64,000 nucleotides of DNA from Pseudomonadota bacterium (GTDB lineage Bacteria; Pseudomonadota; Gammaproteobacteria; Xanthomonadales; Rhodanobacteraceae): assembly GCA_018241145.1 (NCBI GenBank), contig JAFEEJ010000264.1, forward strand, positions 5,737-69,736, in the 5' to 3' direction. A program made the translations under genes and the position numbers. Numbering within the stretch: the first letter of the stretch is position 1; each line of letters starts with the position of its first letter. The notes beneath the pieces are model-generated. The model was not told the origin of the DNA. It saw only the letters and a list, made by a program, of their open reading frames with translations, and did no database searches. This document shows positions 61,831 to 64,000 of the stretch, in pieces.

Positions 61831-62858
61831 TGCCGGCGTCGATCGCCAATCCGTTGCGGGATGCCGGCAGGGTGGGAGCCTTCGGCGACTGGCTGCGCAG
61901 CGTCAACGATTTCCTCGGGTTCCGCATCCTCAACACCGGTGGCCTGAGATTGACGGTCGGCGCGCTGCTGGCGGCGCTCGTCGTCTTCCTGATCGCGTTG
62001 ACGGCGTCGTGGATCCTGCGTGTCGGGCTGCGGCGCTACGCCGCCAGGCACCATACCAACAAGGCCACGCTGTACACGCTGTCGCGGTTGGCGCACTACA
62101 TCCTGCTGGTGGTCGGCCTGTTGATCGCGTTGAACGTGGCCGGCGTCAAGTTCTCGCAGTTCGTGGTGTTCGCCGGCGCGCTGGGCGTGGGCCTGGGTTT
62201 CGGCCTGCAGGCGATTTTCTCCAACTTCATTTCCGGCCTGATCATCCTGTTCGACCGCAGCCTGAAGGTCGGGGATTTCGTCGAACTCGGCGAAGGCGTG
62301 CGTGGCGAGGTGCGCGACATCAGGATCCGCGCCACCCGCATCACCACCAACGACAACATCGACATCCTGGTGCCGAACTCGAAGTTCATCACCGACAACG
62401 TGGTCAACTGGACCTTCGCCGAATCGACGCGCCGCCAGCGCATCCCGTTCGGCGTGGCGTACGAGGCCGACAAGGAACTGGTCAGGAAAGCCGCGCTGGA
62501 AGCCGCCGCAAGCGTCCCGTTCACCCTTGCGCAGGACGGCCCGCGGCGTCCGCAGTTGCGGCTTACCGGCTTTGGTGATTCATCGATCCACTACATGCTG
62601 ATGGTGTGGTTGACGCCCGAGGCGGTCAAGCATCCGGGCGGCGCCGCCGCGGCCTACAACTGGGCGCTGCATACGGCCTTCCAGAAATACGGCATCGAAC
62701 TGCCGTTCCCGCAGCGCGACTTGCGCGTGCGTTCCTGGCTCGGCCTTTCCGGGAAGGAAGCGCGCGAGGCGCTGCGGGAAAGCCGCCGCCGGGAAGATGA
62801 TTCACAGGCGGAAGCATCGAACGCCGGCGATCCAGAGGCAGGCGGGCGCCCGGGATGA
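61830..62858 (+). CDS. mechanosensitive ion channel family protein (MscS-like)
   Basis: GALGVGLGFGLQAIFSNFISGLIILFDRSLKVGDFVEL and RITTNDNIDILVPNS are present. Its ATG shares one base with the aceF stop (TGATG). Confidence 0.85.
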   Translation: MPASIANPLRDAGRVGAFGDWLRSVNDFLGFRILNTGGLRLTVGALLAALVVFLIALTASWILRVGLRRYAARHHTNKATLYTLSRLAHYILLVVGLLIALNVAGVKFSQFVVFAGALGVGLGFGLQAIFSNFISGLIILFDRSLKVGDFVELGEGVRGEVRDIRIRATRITTNDNIDILVPNSKFITDNVVNWTFAESTRRQRIPFGVAYEADKELVRKAALEAAASVPFTLAQDGPRRPQLRLTGFGDSSIHYMLMVWLTPEAVKHPGGAAAAYNWALHTAFQKYGIELPFPQRDLRVRSWLGLSGKEAREALRESRRREDDSQAEASNAGDPEAGGRPG

Positions 62859-62903
62859 TCCGGGCATCGGTACCACGCATCCATCCGTTGACGAGTGGAA
62901 AGC

Positions 62904-64000
62904 ATGTCCAAGACCATTGAACTCGCAGTTCCCGACATCGGCGATTTCTCCGACGTGCCGGTGATCGAAGTGCTGGTGAAAGCCGGCGACCGTGTCGCGA
63001 AAGACCAGAGCCTCGTCACGCTGGAATCGGCCAAGGCCACCATGGAAGTGCCGGCGAGCGCGGCAGGCACCATCAAGGAAGTGAAGGTCAAGGTGGGCGA
63101 CAACGTCCGGCAGGGCACGCTGATCGCGCTGCTGGAAATCGAAGGCGCGGCGAGCGAAAGCGCGGCGGAAAAGGTGGGCGCCGCGAAGACGGACGTTTTG
63201 CACCCCTCTTCCAGAGGATCAGGGGGTGAGGGTGCGAGCCCCGCACGGGACTCCAGCAACGCGAACAAATCCGGACCCTCACCCGCCCCTTCGGGGCGCC
63301 CTCTCCCGGGGGGAGAGGGAAAAAGCACTGCTCCGCGAGCCGCGAGCGAAACCGGCCGCAAGGCCGATTTCGAATGCGCGGTTTGCGTGCTCGGTTCCGG
63401 TCCCGGCGGGTATACCGCCGCGTTCCGCGCGGCCGATCTCGGCCTCGATACCTTGCTGATCGAACGCTACGAACGCCTCGGCGGCGTGTGCCTGAACGTC
63501 GGCTGCATTCCGTCCAAGGCACTGCTGCACGCGGCCGACCTGATCAACGACGCCGAGCTGATGGCCTCGCACGGCATCGTGTTCGGCAAGCCCAGGATCG
63601 AACTCGACAAGCTGCGTGCGTTCAAGGACGGCGTGGTCGCGAAGCTGACCGGCGGCCTCGCCGCGATGGCGAAGCAGCGCAAGGTGCGCGGCGTGCGCGG
63701 CACCGGCACGTTCGTGTCGCCGCACGAGATCGAAGTGGAAACGGATGAAGGGAAAAAACTCGTCCGCTTCGAACAATGCATCATCGCCGCCGGTTCGCAG
63801 GCGGTGAAACTGCCGGGCCTGCCCTGGGACGATCCGCGCGTGATGGATTCCACCGACGCGCTGATGCTTGGCGAGGTTCCGAAGAAGTTGCTGGTGATCG
63901 GCGGCGGCATCATCGGCCTGGAAATGGCCTGCGTGTACGACGCGCTCGGCGCCGAGGTCACCGTGGTGGAACTGTTCGACCAGTTGATGCCCGGCACCGA
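62904..64000 (+). CDS. lpdA: dihydrolipoyl dehydrogenase (E3) with an N-terminal lipoyl domain; the 3' end lies outside the window
   Basis: I translated this frame manually from ATG 62904. It is open to the window end and is absent from the ORF track. The lipoyl domain has [12 protein letters not shown]. After a linker come [19 protein letters not shown], the redox centre [13 protein letters not shown], and [12 protein letters not shown]. Confidence 0.9.
   Translation, partial: MSKTIELAVPDIGDFSDVPVIEVLVKAGDRVAKDQSLVTLESAKATMEVPASAAGTIKEVKVKVGDNVRQGTLIALLEIEGAASESAAEKVGAAKTDVLHPSSRGSGGEGASPARDSSNANKSGPSPAPSGRPLPGGEGKSTAPRAASETGRKADFECAVCVLGSGPGGYTAAFRAADLGLDTLLIERYERLGGVCLNVGCIPSKALLHAADLINDAELMASHGIVFGKPRIELDKLRAFKDGVVAKLTGGLAAMAKQRKVRGVRGTGTFVSPHEIEVETDEGKKLVRFEQCIIAAGSQAVKLPGLPWDDPRVMDSTDALMLGEVPKKLLVIGGGIIGLEMACVYDALGAEVTVVELFDQLMPGT
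63202..63320. repeat. ~120-bp palindromic REP/MITE-like element lying in frame in the Lpd lipoyl-FAD linker
   Basis: The element reads cccctcttccagagg + gggggtgagggtgcgagccccgcacggg ... tccggaccctcacccgccccttcggggcg + ccctctcccggggggagaggg. The architecture matches the element at 60679..60818. Confidence 0.6.

Overview
This is a 64-kb stretch of a very GC-rich gammaproteobacterial chromosome. Gene content and order suggest Xanthomonadales/Lysobacterales, possibly Rhodanobacteraceae-like: cytochrome c4 divergent from engB, a tandem dsbA pair, trxA-rho, ftsEX near rpoH, priA, and lipoyl-domain Lpd. That placement is inferred from recognised proteins only; no search was run. I call about 60 protein-coding genes, almost all core housekeeping: cca, slt, dsbA x2, engB, gshA, dcp, bioD, rho, trxA, rhlB, ftsE/X, ung, rpoH, priA, norM-type MATE, sppA, ogt, rsgA, maeB, aceE, aceF and lpdA. 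I saw no rRNA, tRNA, CRISPR array, transposase, integrase or prophage, and no recognisable multi-gene defence or secretion system. What stands out is non-coding and repeat architecture. (1) A family of palindromic REP/MITE-like elements appears to sit in frame inside coding regions: the LOG-family gene, the AceF linker and the Lpd linker. (2) Two direct copies of a ~175-bp MITE-like element with terminal inverted repeats bracket the LOG gene. (3) Three tandem 59-60-bp double-hairpin units, very dense in GATC, lie between trxA and rhlB. (4) Three DnaA boxes upstream of priA have a DARS-like orientation. (5) There are two intergenic heptanucleotide tandem repeats. (6) Two low-GC islets are present: a terminator-bracketed secreted repeat protein, and an orphan 71-aa ORF. 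(7) Rho carries an 82-aa disordered N-terminal extension. (8) An output-less tandem-REC regulator has a first receiver that lacks the phospho-acceptor Asp. All functional names come from motif recognition by eye. Start codons are best guesses in this high-GC sequence, where long spurious ORFs occur in every frame.
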